This document shows positions 1-8,957 of a stretch of DNA of 64,000 nucleotides, piece by piece. Positions within the stretch are counted from its first letter, which is position 1, and every line of letters starts with the position of its first letter. The DNA is from Anaerohalosphaeraceae bacterium (GTDB lineage: Bacteria > Planctomycetota > Phycisphaerae > Sedimentisphaerales > Anaerohalosphaeraceae). The stretch covers positions 148,136-212,135 of the forward strand of contig JBNRMN010000067.1 of the NCBI GenBank assembly GCA_050309605.1, read 5' to 3'. A program made the position numbers and the translations under genes. The notes under the pieces are model-generated. The model searched no databases. It saw only the letters and a program-made list of their open reading frames with translations, and was not told the DNA's origin.

Positions 1-640
1 CCCTCATCGCGGCACATTCCCGATGACGTGGGGAATGGCCCCGTCGCTGGTGGAACTGTCGCCCAACGGCGTGGCGATGTGGTATCGCGATGCGACACCC
101 AACGATGTGTTCATTGCCTATTGTGGGCTGGGGTATTCGTATAACAGCGTCTCGCCGTATTTGCAGACGCACGCCAAACGGCTCGGCGAATGGATGGAGC
201 GTGCCGACTTGCGGGTGCTGCTGCTGATAGATTACGTCCTGCCGCACGATACGCTGGACGACAGCTATTACGAATCGGCCCGGTGGTTTACCGCCCTGGA
301 GCAGGTTGAGGGGCTGATTTATCTTGAATACATTCAGTACGCCCCGCACGATGGAAAGATCCTCTGGTTTGACGGCAAGCCGATGGTGACGGCACGGTTT
401 GATTTTCGCCAGGAGACGTTTTACCCGGCGGTGCGGCCGACCGCCGCGGCTCTGGCCGAGAGCATCAACGCACTGCCGGCCGATCCGTCCCGCCCGGACG
501 GCTATACGGCGGTGACCGTTCATGCCTGGAGCAAAGGGATGGACGATATTGCCGAGGTCATTGGATTGCTGGATGACGATGTACGTGTCGTGGATGCCGA
601 GACCTTTATCCGGCTCATTCGGCGGAATCTGAAACCGTAA
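1..640 (+). CDS. GxGYxYP-family putative glycoside hydrolase, C-terminal part (5' truncated by window edge)
   Basis: Frame is open from the window start (PHRGTFPMTWG...); GLGYSY motif and C-terminal VHAWS motif. Confidence 0.7.
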   Translation, partial: PHRGTFPMTWGMAPSLVELSPNGVAMWYRDATPNDVFIAYCGLGYSYNSVSPYLQTHAKRLGEWMERADLRVLLLIDYVLPHDTLDDSYYESARWFTALEQVEGLIYLEYIQYAPHDGKILWFDGKPMVTARFDFRQETFYPAVRPTAAALAESINALPADPSRPDGYTAVTVHAWSKGMDDIAEVIGLLDDDVRVVDAETFIRLIRRNLKP

Positions 641-671
641 GGCGGTGATGAATGAAAGCGAGGGGTTGCGG

Positions 672-2189
672 ATGAGACGATTCAAACAAGTCGTATGCCT
701 GGCCGCGGTATTCATGGTCGGGGTGATGGCGGCCGGTTTTGCGTCAACGCTGCCTGAACCAAGGCCGGACTCACTGCCGCGCTGGCGAGGGTTTAATCTG
801 CTTGAAAAATTCATCAAGGGCGGTTCGAGCGGCGGGCCGTATCGGCAGGAGGATTTCCGGCTTATTTCCGAGTGGGGATTTAACTTTGTTCGCCTGCCGA
901 TGGACTATCGGTTCTGGATCAAAGACGGCGACTGGACGCAGATTGACGAAACGGCTTTTGCCGATATCGATCAGGCCATCGCCTTCGGTCGCAAGTACGA
1001 CATCCACGTCTGTATTAATTTTCACCGCGCACCGGGCTATACCGTTGCTCAGCCGCCTGAACCGGCCGATCTGTGGACGGATTCGCAGGCTCAGCACGTT
1101 TGTGCAAAGCATTGGGCGTATTTTGCCCGTCGATACAAAGACGTGCCCAACACCCATTTGAGTTTCAATCTGCTCAACGAGCCGGCGGATATCGACGGCC
1201 GGACGTACTATCGTGTGGTCGAAAAGCTCGTCGCGGCTATTCGGGCAGAGGATCCGAATCGGCTGATTATTGCCGATGGACTGAACTGGGGCAAACAGCC
1301 GTGCGAGGAACTGTTCCGCCTTGGCGTTGCGCAAGCGGCGCGCGGCTATGAGCCGTTTGCGCTGACGCACTACAAGGCAAGCTGGGTCGCCGGTTCGCAG
1401 TCCTGGCCGGTTCCGCAGTGGCCTGCGCCGGTGGCCGGCGGCGGTTATCTGTACGGCCCGACCAAGCCCGAACTGCGTTCACCGATGAGGCTCAATGTGA
1501 ATCTTCACGCCCCGGCCACGCTGACGCTGACGGTCGGGACGGTTTCGGCTTCAGCACATCTGGTCGTGTGGCAAGGCGACGAAGAACTCTGGTCGCAGAC
1601 CTTCACGCCCGGCCCCGGCGAGGGGCCGTGGAAAGAGGTGGTCTTTCGACCCGAATGGAATGTGTATCAAAATGTTTATGATCGGTCTTATGAGGTTTCG
1701 CTTTCGGCCGGACGTTATCTCCTGACGCTGGACAATGTCCGGGGCGATTGGCTGACCCTGACCGGTCTAAAACTGAGGACGCAGGACGGCACGGCTGTCG
1801 ATTTTCCGATTCGTCCGGAGTGGGGCCGGCCCAATGAACCGCTCCGGGTCGAATCGGATGCGAACGGCTGCCGATTTGTCGCGCCGCGCCGTCAGGATGC
1901 CCACTGGCTCTGGCAGACGGTATTTAGCCGCTGGCACACGGCACGTGGTCAGGGCATCGGCGTAATGGTTGGCGAGTGGGGCGCGCACAACCGAACCCCG
2001 CACGAGGTGACGCTGCGCTGGATGGAGGATTGCTTAAAAACGTTTCAGCACGCCGAAATCGGCTGGGCACTGTGGAATTTTCGCGGTTCGTTCGGCATTC
2101 TTGACAGCGGACGAACCGATGTCCCATACGAAGACCTTGACGGCCTTAAACTCGACCGAAAAATGCTTGAGCTGCTTCGGCGATATTGA
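672..2189 (+). CDS. Secreted glycoside hydrolase family 5 (cellulase-like)
   Basis: Signal peptide; WRGFNL, GFNFVRLP, NEP acid/base, VGEWG nucleophile, GWALW motifs; start moved to ATG 672 after AGGGG. Confidence 0.9.
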   Translation: MRRFKQVVCLAAVFMVGVMAAGFASTLPEPRPDSLPRWRGFNLLEKFIKGGSSGGPYRQEDFRLISEWGFNFVRLPMDYRFWIKDGDWTQIDETAFADIDQAIAFGRKYDIHVCINFHRAPGYTVAQPPEPADLWTDSQAQHVCAKHWAYFARRYKDVPNTHLSFNLLNEPADIDGRTYYRVVEKLVAAIRAEDPNRLIIADGLNWGKQPCEELFRLGVAQAARGYEPFALTHYKASWVAGSQSWPVPQWPAPVAGGGYLYGPTKPELRSPMRLNVNLHAPATLTLTVGTVSASAHLVVWQGDEELWSQTFTPGPGEGPWKEVVFRPEWNVYQNVYDRSYEVSLSAGRYLLTLDNVRGDWLTLTGLKLRTQDGTAVDFPIRPEWGRPNEPLRVESDANGCRFVAPRRQDAHWLWQTVFSRWHTARGQGIGVMVGEWGAHNRTPHEVTLRWMEDCLKTFQHAEIGWALWNFRGSFGILDSGRTDVPYEDLDGLKLDRKMLELLRRY

Positions 2190-2320
2190 AGAGTATTCTT
2201 CTTTGTCCAGACCCCTTCAACCGGTGGCGTTTGATGCGGGCCTAAACCCAGTCGGGATGCAGAAACAATGCCGGCTGCAAAATGGAATCGCAAAGGGGGA
2301 ACGGTCCTGGAAGTCAGCGC

Positions 2321-2349
2321 TTGCGAAAATCCGAGCAAGCGCGGATAAT
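2321..2349 (+). promoter_or_regulatory. Putative sigma-70 promoter of the sigma factor gene
   Basis: TTGCGA-17-GATAAT, ending 9 nt before ATG 2359. Confidence 0.4.
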
Positions 2350-2358
2350 AGGGGGGTT

Positions 2359-4002
2359 ATGAAGATTCGGATTCATCATCCTGCGTTGCGAGAATTGTTC
2401 GATCAGTTTCGCTTTGCGCCGACTCGCCAGCAGCACAAATATATGGCCGCGGCCGAGAAGCTGATGCTGATCATCGATCCTGATCAGGAATACCCTTATG
2501 AGTTCATTGTTTTTCGAATCACCGGGTTTCGTCCGACCGGATTCAAATATGAAGACTGCCTGATCGCCGGACGCGAGTTATTGGCGGATTTGCGGGTCTG
2601 GCTGTCGCAGGTCAGCGGACGGCTGGAAGTGCCGACCGCGATGCAGCAGGAGCGAATCTTCACCGTCGAAGCGTTGGCCGGGCGGTTTTCGGTCTCGGAA
2701 AAAACCATCCGCCGCTGGGAAAAGCGGGGGTTGACCGGTCGGATTTATGTGTTTGAAGACGGCAAAAAACGCAAAGGCTACGCCGAGTCGGCGGTGCTTC
2801 AGTTTGAGCGGGAACATCGCGGCTTAGTGACCCGCTCGGCGCGGTTTACCAAGCTGAATCAGGCCGAAAAGGAAACAATTTATCAATTGGCGCGCCGGTG
2901 GGCAGGCTCACAGCCGCTGCGCTCTCGAAACGAGCTGCTTAAACGGCTCAGCGAGCGCACCGGTCGGGCGCGCGAAACCCTTCGCGTCGTTCTGGAGCAG
3001 ATGGAACAGCAGCACGGACCGTGCGGTGCGCTGCCGGTGTCGCGCGGACGTCTCAGCGCCCGTGAGGCGGCTCAGATTTACAAACTGCATCGTCAGGGCG
3101 TGCGTATGTGTGAACTGAGTGAGCGGTTCAACAAAAGCCGAAGCTCGCTGTATCGCATCATCAATCAGCATCGCGCCCGCGAACTGCTCAACCGAAAAAT
3201 CGATTATATCGACAGCCCTGCGTTTATCGCCCAAGACGCCGAAACCCGCCTGCTCAAGCCGCCGCTTGAGACGCTGCTGGCCGACTCAAAAGACGGCGGC
3301 GGTCTGCTGACCCGTACGCAGGAGTCGGCGCTGTTTTGCCGGTATAATTTTTTGAAATGTCTGGCCGCACGAGAACGCGCCAAACTACGCCCCAAACAGC
3401 CGGCCGTTGCCCGCTTACGGCGGATTGAGACGCTGCTGGAGCAGGCCGATCGCGTCAAACAGCATATCATCGGCGCCAATATGCCGTTGGTGGTCAGCAT
3501 CGCCGGGCGTCATTTGTCGGCGGGATTGACCATCAATGAACTCATCGGTGAAGGCACCCTGTCGCTGATGGCGGCGGTGGAGAAGTTTGACTACACGCGC
3601 GGCTATCGGTTCAGCACCTATGCCGGCTGGGCGATTGCCAAAGACTTTGCCCGCAAGATTCCCGCCGAGGCTCATCGGCCCGACCGCGCCGGCGGTTCGG
3701 ATGTCGCCGGTCTGCCGTATGATTTTCGGCTCGGCAATTTGCCCGATATCGCCGCGGTCGAGCAGGCGCAGCACGATTTAATCAGCGTGATCAACAGCAA
3801 TCTTGATCAGCGTGAACGGTTTATTATCCTGAATCATTACCCGCTGGATACCGGCGTGATTAAGAAAAAGCCGATGACCCTCAAGCAGATCGGCGACGAA
3901 CTGGGGCTGACCAAGGAGCGCGTCCGGCAAATTGAGCTGCAGGCCCTGCAGAAACTTCGCCACAGTCTCAGCCCCGAACAATTCGACCTGCTGACCGGCT
4001 GA
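2359..4002 (+). CDS. Sigma-70 family RNA polymerase sigma factor with long N-terminal multi-HTH extension
   Basis: Region 2 (ANMPLVVSIA...AVEKFDYTRGYRFSTYAGWAI) and region 4 (TLKQIGDELGLTKERVRQIE); start moved to ATG 2359. Confidence 0.85.
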   Translation: MKIRIHHPALRELFDQFRFAPTRQQHKYMAAAEKLMLIIDPDQEYPYEFIVFRITGFRPTGFKYEDCLIAGRELLADLRVWLSQVSGRLEVPTAMQQERIFTVEALAGRFSVSEKTIRRWEKRGLTGRIYVFEDGKKRKGYAESAVLQFEREHRGLVTRSARFTKLNQAEKETIYQLARRWAGSQPLRSRNELLKRLSERTGRARETLRVVLEQMEQQHGPCGALPVSRGRLSAREAAQIYKLHRQGVRMCELSERFNKSRSSLYRIINQHRARELLNRKIDYIDSPAFIAQDAETRLLKPPLETLLADSKDGGGLLTRTQESALFCRYNFLKCLAARERAKLRPKQPAVARLRRIETLLEQADRVKQHIIGANMPLVVSIAGRHLSAGLTINELIGEGTLSLMAAVEKFDYTRGYRFSTYAGWAIAKDFARKIPAEAHRPDRAGGSDVAGLPYDFRLGNLPDIAAVEQAQHDLISVINSNLDQRERFIILNHYPLDTGVIKKKPMTLKQIGDELGLTKERVRQIELQALQKLRHSLSPEQFDLLTG

Positions 4003-4014
4003 CGGCCGCGGGGG

Positions 4015-5067
4015 TTAGATTATCAGCATCGCATCGCCGTAGGAATAGAAGCGGTATCGTTGCGCGACCGCGTGGCGATAGGCGCCCAGCACCGTGTCCA
4101 ACCCGGCAAACGCCGCCGCCAGCGCCAGCAGCGTAGAGCGAGGCAGGTGAAAATTGGTCACCATTGCATCGACGATGTTGAACGTATAGCCGGGCATAAT
4201 AAACAGCCGCGTGCGTCCGGAGGCCGCCGCCAGCGTGCCGGCAGCGTCGGCAACGCTTTCAAGGGTGCGTACACTCGTCGTGCCCACGGCGATGATGCGG
4301 CCGCCGGCCCGGCGTGCGGCGTTAATGGTTGCGGCCGCTTCGGGGCTGACGTGGTAAAACTCCTCGTGCATCAGATGCGCATCAAGCGTGTCAGTCTGGA
4401 CGGGGCGAAATGTGCCGATACCGACATGCAGCGTCACATAGGCCAGCCGAACGCCCGCGGCCTCAATGCGTTCAAGCAGGGGTTTATCAAAATGCAGACC
4501 CGCCGTGGGGGCCGCCACCGCGCCGGGCTGAGCGGCATAAACCGTCTGATAGCGCCGCAAGTCCTCTTGCGTTTCAGGGCCGGCGGCGGCGCGTTTGATA
4601 TAGGGCGGCAGGGGCGCAAAGCCGATCTGTTCAAGCAGGCCGTCCGGCGACTGGGTGCAGGCCGGTTCCAGTCGCCACAGGCCGTCTTTGAGCCGTTCGG
4701 ATGCGACGGCCTCCATCGCGGGCTGACCGTCCCGATCCAGCAGGATCAGCGTATCACCCGGCCTGAGCTTGCGGGCGTTTTTGAGCAGAACCTGCCAGCG
4801 GCCGTCGGTCTCTTGCATAACGAACAACCCCTCCAGCCGCGCGCCGGTCGGTTTTTGAGCGTAAAAGCGGGCCGGCAGCACCTTGGTATTGTTCAGCACC
4901 AGACAGTCGCCCGCCCGTAAGTAGGAAGGCAGGTCGGTAAACATCCGGTCGCTCAGCGCCCCGTCGGTCCGGTTCAGCACCAGCAGCCGCGAGGCCCCGC
5001 GTTTGTCGGCCGGCTTTTGGGCGATCAGCTCATCCGGCAGCGTGTAATTCAGCAATTCGGTTTTCAT
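4015..5067 (-). CDS. queA: tRNA preQ1(34) S-adenosylmethionine ribosyltransferase-isomerase
   Basis: PLPPYI, YQTVYA, GAVAAPTAGLHF, VGTTSVRTLE, TNFHLPRSTL, YRFYSYGDAMLI. Confidence 0.97.
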   Translation of the reverse strand: MKTELLNYTLPDELIAQKPADKRGASRLLVLNRTDGALSDRMFTDLPSYLRAGDCLVLNNTKVLPARFYAQKPTGARLEGLFVMQETDGRWQVLLKNARKLRPGDTLILLDRDGQPAMEAVASERLKDGLWRLEPACTQSPDGLLEQIGFAPLPPYIKRAAAGPETQEDLRRYQTVYAAQPGAVAAPTAGLHFDKPLLERIEAAGVRLAYVTLHVGIGTFRPVQTDTLDAHLMHEEFYHVSPEAAATINAARRAGGRIIAVGTTSVRTLESVADAAGTLAAASGRTRLFIMPGYTFNIVDAMVTNFHLPRSTLLALAAAFAGLDTVLGAYRHAVAQRYRFYSYGDAMLII

Positions 5068-5177
5068 GGCCGCAAAGCGTATCCTAAACAGAGTGAGTTT
5101 TCAAGTTAATCGAGCCGCCAAAAACTCCGATAAAGCCCGAATGGACAAGACAACATTGATTTCGGAGTGATGGATAT

Positions 5178-5393
5178 ATGTTGATGGATGTAGATTTTGA
5201 GACGGCCTGTGCGAAAGTCACGGCGATGAGTAAATCCGAGGTGACCTGGCAACTGCTTCATTTTAACGGTCCGCTTCATTTGGATTTTACCGCCGAGTAC
5301 CTCAATACGCTGGATGTGGACAAACTCCGTCATATCCTTCTGGCCGCCCTGATTACGTCCCGCCGAAAGGAAATCAGCTGCCCAAGAAATTGA
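5178..5393 (+). CDS. Small hypothetical protein
   Basis: 71-aa ORF with host-like codon usage, GGAG upstream, divergent from queA. Confidence 0.65.
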   Translation: MLMDVDFETACAKVTAMSKSEVTWQLLHFNGPLHLDFTAEYLNTLDVDKLRHILLAALITSRRKEISCPRN

Positions 5394-5419
5394 ACCTTTA
5401 ACTTAAAGGTTTTAAGAAG

Positions 5420-5674
5420 AGGTATTATGACCTAAAAAAACTTGAAGTTCTTGACCATTTTAAGGTGTGTGTGCAATTTGAGGACGGCACATCCGGAGAA
5501 GTGGATTTGGGCGAAATCATTCACGGCGGCGGTGTTTTTGAGGCACTCAAAGATCGTCGGCTTTTTGAGCAGGCTTATATCGACCCTGATTGGAAAGTAC
5601 TTTGCTGGCCGGGCGAGATTGATATTGCTCCGGAAACGCTTTATGAATGTTTGAATGCTTCAAAGAAGACTTAA
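5420..5674 (+). pseudogene. DUF2442-family antitoxin-like protein, start codon apparently lost
   Basis: Reads (R)YYDLKKLEVLDHFKVCVQFEDGTSGEVDL...WPGEIDIAPETLYE; the codon where Met is expected (5420) is AGG. Confidence 0.6.
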
Positions 5675-5711
5675 AAACCCTTTTTTGTCCCCTTTTCTTA
5701 TTTCTGCGCAA

Positions 5712-5849
5712 TAAAAAAGGGCCGGATTCGAGGGGTCCGGCCCTTGCTGAGATGCAAATCGTATTTTTAATATATCAACAGGTATAACCTACATCTCAGC
5801 ACCGAAGAAACACATAGAGCTATAAGAAGAAAAAGAGCAATTATTTCAC
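5712..5849 (-). ncRNA. Candidate small RNA (about 137 nt)
   Basis: Own promoter, GCTGAGATG/CATCTCAGC stem (5800-5746), intrinsic terminator, no convincing ORF. Confidence 0.5.
5713..5745 (-). terminator. Rho-independent terminator
   Basis: AAGGGCCGGA-loop-TCCGGCCC followed by T6 on the minus strand. Confidence 0.8.
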
Positions 5850-5854
5850 TCTTG

Positions 5855-5882
5855 ATTATACGCGAAATATCGGTCGATTCAA
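5855..5882 (-). promoter_or_regulatory. Sigma-70 promoter with upstream A/T tracts
   Basis: TTGAAT-16-TATAAT on the minus strand; A/T tracts at 5885-5952. Confidence 0.6.
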
Positions 5883-6004
5883 GCAAAAAGTTGAAACTTT
5901 TTTCGATTTTTCCAAAAAATACTTGTTTTCAGCACAAAAAACACGGTTTTTTTCATTTAAGCTCCGACGGATTTTGCGTTTCCTTCGATGGCCGCCCGAT
6001 GATT

Positions 6005-6928
6005 TCAGGCGAATAGGGCCTCGACAAAGCCGTCCGGATCAAATTCGGCGATATCGTCGGGGGTTTCTCCCAATCCGACAAACTTGACCGGAATATCGAG
6101 CATATCTTTAATGGCGATGACGATCCCGCCACGAGCGGTACCGTCGAGCTTGGCCAGAAAGATGCCGGTAACCCGGATCGACTCGGTAAAGATTTTGGCC
6201 TGCATAATGGCGTTCTGTCCGGTGGTCGCGTCGATGACCAGCAGCACTTCATGAGGGGCGCCGGGGATTTGTTTGGCCACGACGCTGCGGATTTTGCTCA
6301 GCTCTTCCATCAGGTGTTTTTGGGTATGCAGCCGACCGGCTGTATCGACAATCAGGAAATCCGCCCCGCGCGACACGGCCGCCTGACAGGCGTCATAAGC
6401 GACCGCGGCCGGGTCGGCGCCGGATTTGTGTTTGACAATCTGCACGCCCGTGCGTTCGGCCCAGATGCTCAATTGCTCGACCGCCGCCGCTCGAAAGGTA
6501 TCGCAGGCCGCGACGATGACGGATTTGCCATTGCCGCGCAGATTGGCGGCCAGTTTGGCGATACTGGTGGTCTTGCCGGAGCCGTTGATGCCGGCGACCA
6601 GAATCACCGTCGGGCCGGACGGCGCGATGTTGAGCTGACGGTCGCGGTCGGGCCAGTACGATTTCATCCGGGTCTTCAGGAACGGAATGATGTCGTCGCT
6701 TTGCGTGATCTGACCGGCTTTCCAGGCTGAGCGCAGGTCGTCGATCAGCCGCTCGGTGGTCTCCACGCCGATGTCGTCGCTGATCAGCGTTGCCTCCAGG
6801 TCGTCCAGTAATTCATTGTCAATCCTTCGTCCCATCGGCAGCACCGCCGCCAGACTGGACGAAATCCGTGAGCGCGTCTTGCTCAGGTGGTCTTTCAGGT
6901 ATTGGACCGTTTTCGTGAAAAAACCCAT
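6005..6928 (-). CDS. ftsY: Signal recognition particle receptor
   Basis: GINGSGKTTSIAKLA, DTFRAAAVEQL, DTAGRLHT, KLDGTARGG. Confidence 0.97.
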   Translation of the reverse strand: MGFFTKTVQYLKDHLSKTRSRISSSLAAVLPMGRRIDNELLDDLEATLISDDIGVETTERLIDDLRSAWKAGQITQSDDIIPFLKTRMKSYWPDRDRQLNIAPSGPTVILVAGINGSGKTTSIAKLAANLRGNGKSVIVAACDTFRAAAVEQLSIWAERTGVQIVKHKSGADPAAVAYDACQAAVSRGADFLIVDTAGRLHTQKHLMEELSKIRSVVAKQIPGAPHEVLLVIDATTGQNAIMQAKIFTESIRVTGIFLAKLDGTARGGIVIAIKDMLDIPVKFVGLGETPDDIAEFDPDGFVEALFA

Positions 6929-7006
6929 CGATATCTCCGCAAAATTATAGTTTGAGAAACCGGTATTCTAACGATACCGACGGATTTTTCAAGCCGTATC
7001 TGACCC

Positions 7007-7975
7007 TTACAGCGCGTTGATGATGCCCTCGGCGATGGCTGAAGCGATGCGTTCCTGATAGCCGCCGTCCAGGAGCATCGCCGCTTCGTTGGGGTTGGAC
7101 AAAAAGCCCGTTTCGACCAGAACCGCGGGACATCGGGTTTGCACCAGCACGCGGTAATCGGCCGAGCGAAGCCCTTTACTGGGGATGCCGATGTGGGACA
7201 GGGTGTTCTCAAGGCTTCGTCCGACTTGCCGGGATGTGTTGCTGGCCGAGCGTGCGACATAGACGGTAAATCCCTGATGCACGCGGTCGTTGTGTGAGTC
7301 GGCGTGGATGCTGACGAATAAATCGGCGTCGGCGCGGTTGGCAATGGCCGCCCGTTCTTCCAGTTCAACAAAGGTATCGTCGCGGCGGGTCATAATGACC
7401 TCCACGCCGCGGCGCTGGAGGATTGAGGCCAATCGCCGAGAAATCTGCAAGACAATGTCTTTTTCGTGGTGTCCCAAATAGCTGATGGCGCCCGGGTCTT
7501 TGCCGCCGTGGCCGGGGTCAATCACAACCCGTCCAATGTTGGTACGGGGCGTCCAAGGGGTTGGTGACGGCGTCGGCGTCGGTGTCCAGGTGCTTTGGCC
7601 GGACTGAAGATAGGGGCGAATCTGCGACAACAGGATTTCAGAGACATAGTAGGTCCCGTTGACATCCACCACCGGTCCGACCGAGGCGACCGAGGAGCCG
7701 TTGACATACACCTTCCCATTGTCGTACATAAACAGCAAAACACGGTTGGATGCGTTTTTCAGTTCATAATAGGGATTGCCCGCCGTAGTGACCGACAACC
7801 CCAGTCGGCTGCCCAGATCGTTTACCGAGAGCATATATGACGGCGGGGTGCTGCTCTTTCTGATGGCCGGGCCGCCGGACGTTTGCGTTGGTTCCTGACA
7901 GCCGGCCAGGGCAATTGCCAAAACAGCCCACCCGACACAGCCGATCAACCGGTTCAATGGAATTTTATTGACCAC
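7007..7975 (-). CDS. N-acetylmuramoyl-L-alanine amidase (Amidase_3), lipoprotein
   Basis: Lipobox LAGC; VVIDPGHGGKDPGA, FVSIHAD, PAVLVETGFLSN; Pro/Thr linker. Confidence 0.92.
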   Translation of the reverse strand: MVNKIPLNRLIGCVGWAVLAIALAGCQEPTQTSGGPAIRKSSTPPSYMLSVNDLGSRLGLSVTTAGNPYYELKNASNRVLLFMYDNGKVYVNGSSVASVGPVVDVNGTYYVSEILLSQIRPYLQSGQSTWTPTPTPSPTPWTPRTNIGRVVIDPGHGGKDPGAISYLGHHEKDIVLQISRRLASILQRRGVEVIMTRRDDTFVELEERAAIANRADADLFVSIHADSHNDRVHQGFTVYVARSASNTSRQVGRSLENTLSHIGIPSKGLRSADYRVLVQTRCPAVLVETGFLSNPNEAAMLLDGGYQERIASAIAEGIINAL

Positions 7976-8190
7976 AAAAAACCTCTTAAAATTTGCAGAA
8001 TTCTTATGCCATCCCCAAGCAGGCCGTATTCAATGATGTCAATGGACGATTTTCTTTGCATCGTCAAAACACAAGATGATTCTTTAAGTTTCCGCGTGTT
8101 TTATCTGAAATCAATCGGCCTTGCAAGCGAAAAACGCCGGAAGGAGCCTTTGTAGAACACACGCAAAGACAGGTGTTATATGTCCGAATT

Positions 8191-8904
8191 TCAGAAACGT
8201 CGTATCAAAGACCATCCGCCTGCCAACAGGAGCACCAGCGTCGTCGGCTCCGGCACAACGTGGAACTGAAACACCGCCTGGTGGGTCAGCCGATCGCCTT
8301 CGGCTGACAGCGCCGATGCTTCAAAGGTAATCCAGTAGTTGCCGGGCTGCGAAAAGGCAAGGTTGTAATGGCTGTGGGCGCCGGCCGGGACGGTTACTCG
8401 ATCGTCGGCTAAGATACCGTCGCTGTCGGCCATAAAAACCACAGGCAATCCGAAACTGACTTTATACACGCTAAAATATCCGGGGCCATCGACTGCTATT
8501 AACGTAAGATCAAGTTGGTCGTTCAGGAAGATGCCCGTATCCACCTCTTCGGCCCCGATGCCGACAAACGGCGAGGCGAAGGTTTCCGCGTCGGTTCGAC
8601 TTTGCGGCAGACGCCACGTGTCATCGCCGGCCGCATTGCCCAAAAAATCCCATTCGGCACCCGCAGGGCGCGCAAAAACAGTGGAATTCGGCACAACGAT
8701 GATTATCTCGTCGGGTTCGTATTCGGCATCGTGCGACAGGGCGAGGCCGTTGATGGTCGCTCCGGAATGAGCGTGCAGGTGCAATTCGAGAGCGTCGTGT
8801 TCACCCAGCCCGATATCCGCGTGGCCGGCGGTATATTCAACGTGTGCATCAACCGAACCAAGAAATAACGCCGTCATAGTGAGCATCAAAACACCGGTTT
8901 TCAT
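8191..8904 (-). CDS. PEP-CTERM surface protein with choice-of-anchor M (TIGR03769-like) domain
   Basis: Signal peptide; GHADIG, LHLHAH, WRLPQ, HSHYNLAFSQPGNY; C-terminal VPEP-hydrophobic-RR. Confidence 0.8.
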   Translation of the reverse strand: MKTGVLMLTMTALFLGSVDAHVEYTAGHADIGLGEHDALELHLHAHSGATINGLALSHDAEYEPDEIIIVVPNSTVFARPAGAEWDFLGNAAGDDTWRLPQSRTDAETFASPFVGIGAEEVDTGIFLNDQLDLTLIAVDGPGYFSVYKVSFGLPVVFMADSDGILADDRVTVPAGAHSHYNLAFSQPGNYWITFEASALSAEGDRLTHQAVFQFHVVPEPTTLVLLLAGGWSLIRRF

Positions 8905-8957
8905 TGAAGGGGTTCCTTTCTATCGAGAGAGTTTGTTTGTTCATAGAGTATATTGGA

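Noticed and set aside
2101..2358. N-terminal extensions in the ORF track (sigma factor; also 9900-10184, 31165-31425, 47667-47804, 50487-50585)
   Set aside because: They overlap neighbouring genes and lie upstream of better-supported ATG starts, unlike the uL22 extension, which fills its own space.
5712..5850. SRP RNA (ffs) or 6S RNA next to ftsY
   Set aside because: No SRP domain IV motif (CAGG...GGAA...AGCAG) and no long closed 6S-like rod; kept only as an unassigned sRNA candidate.
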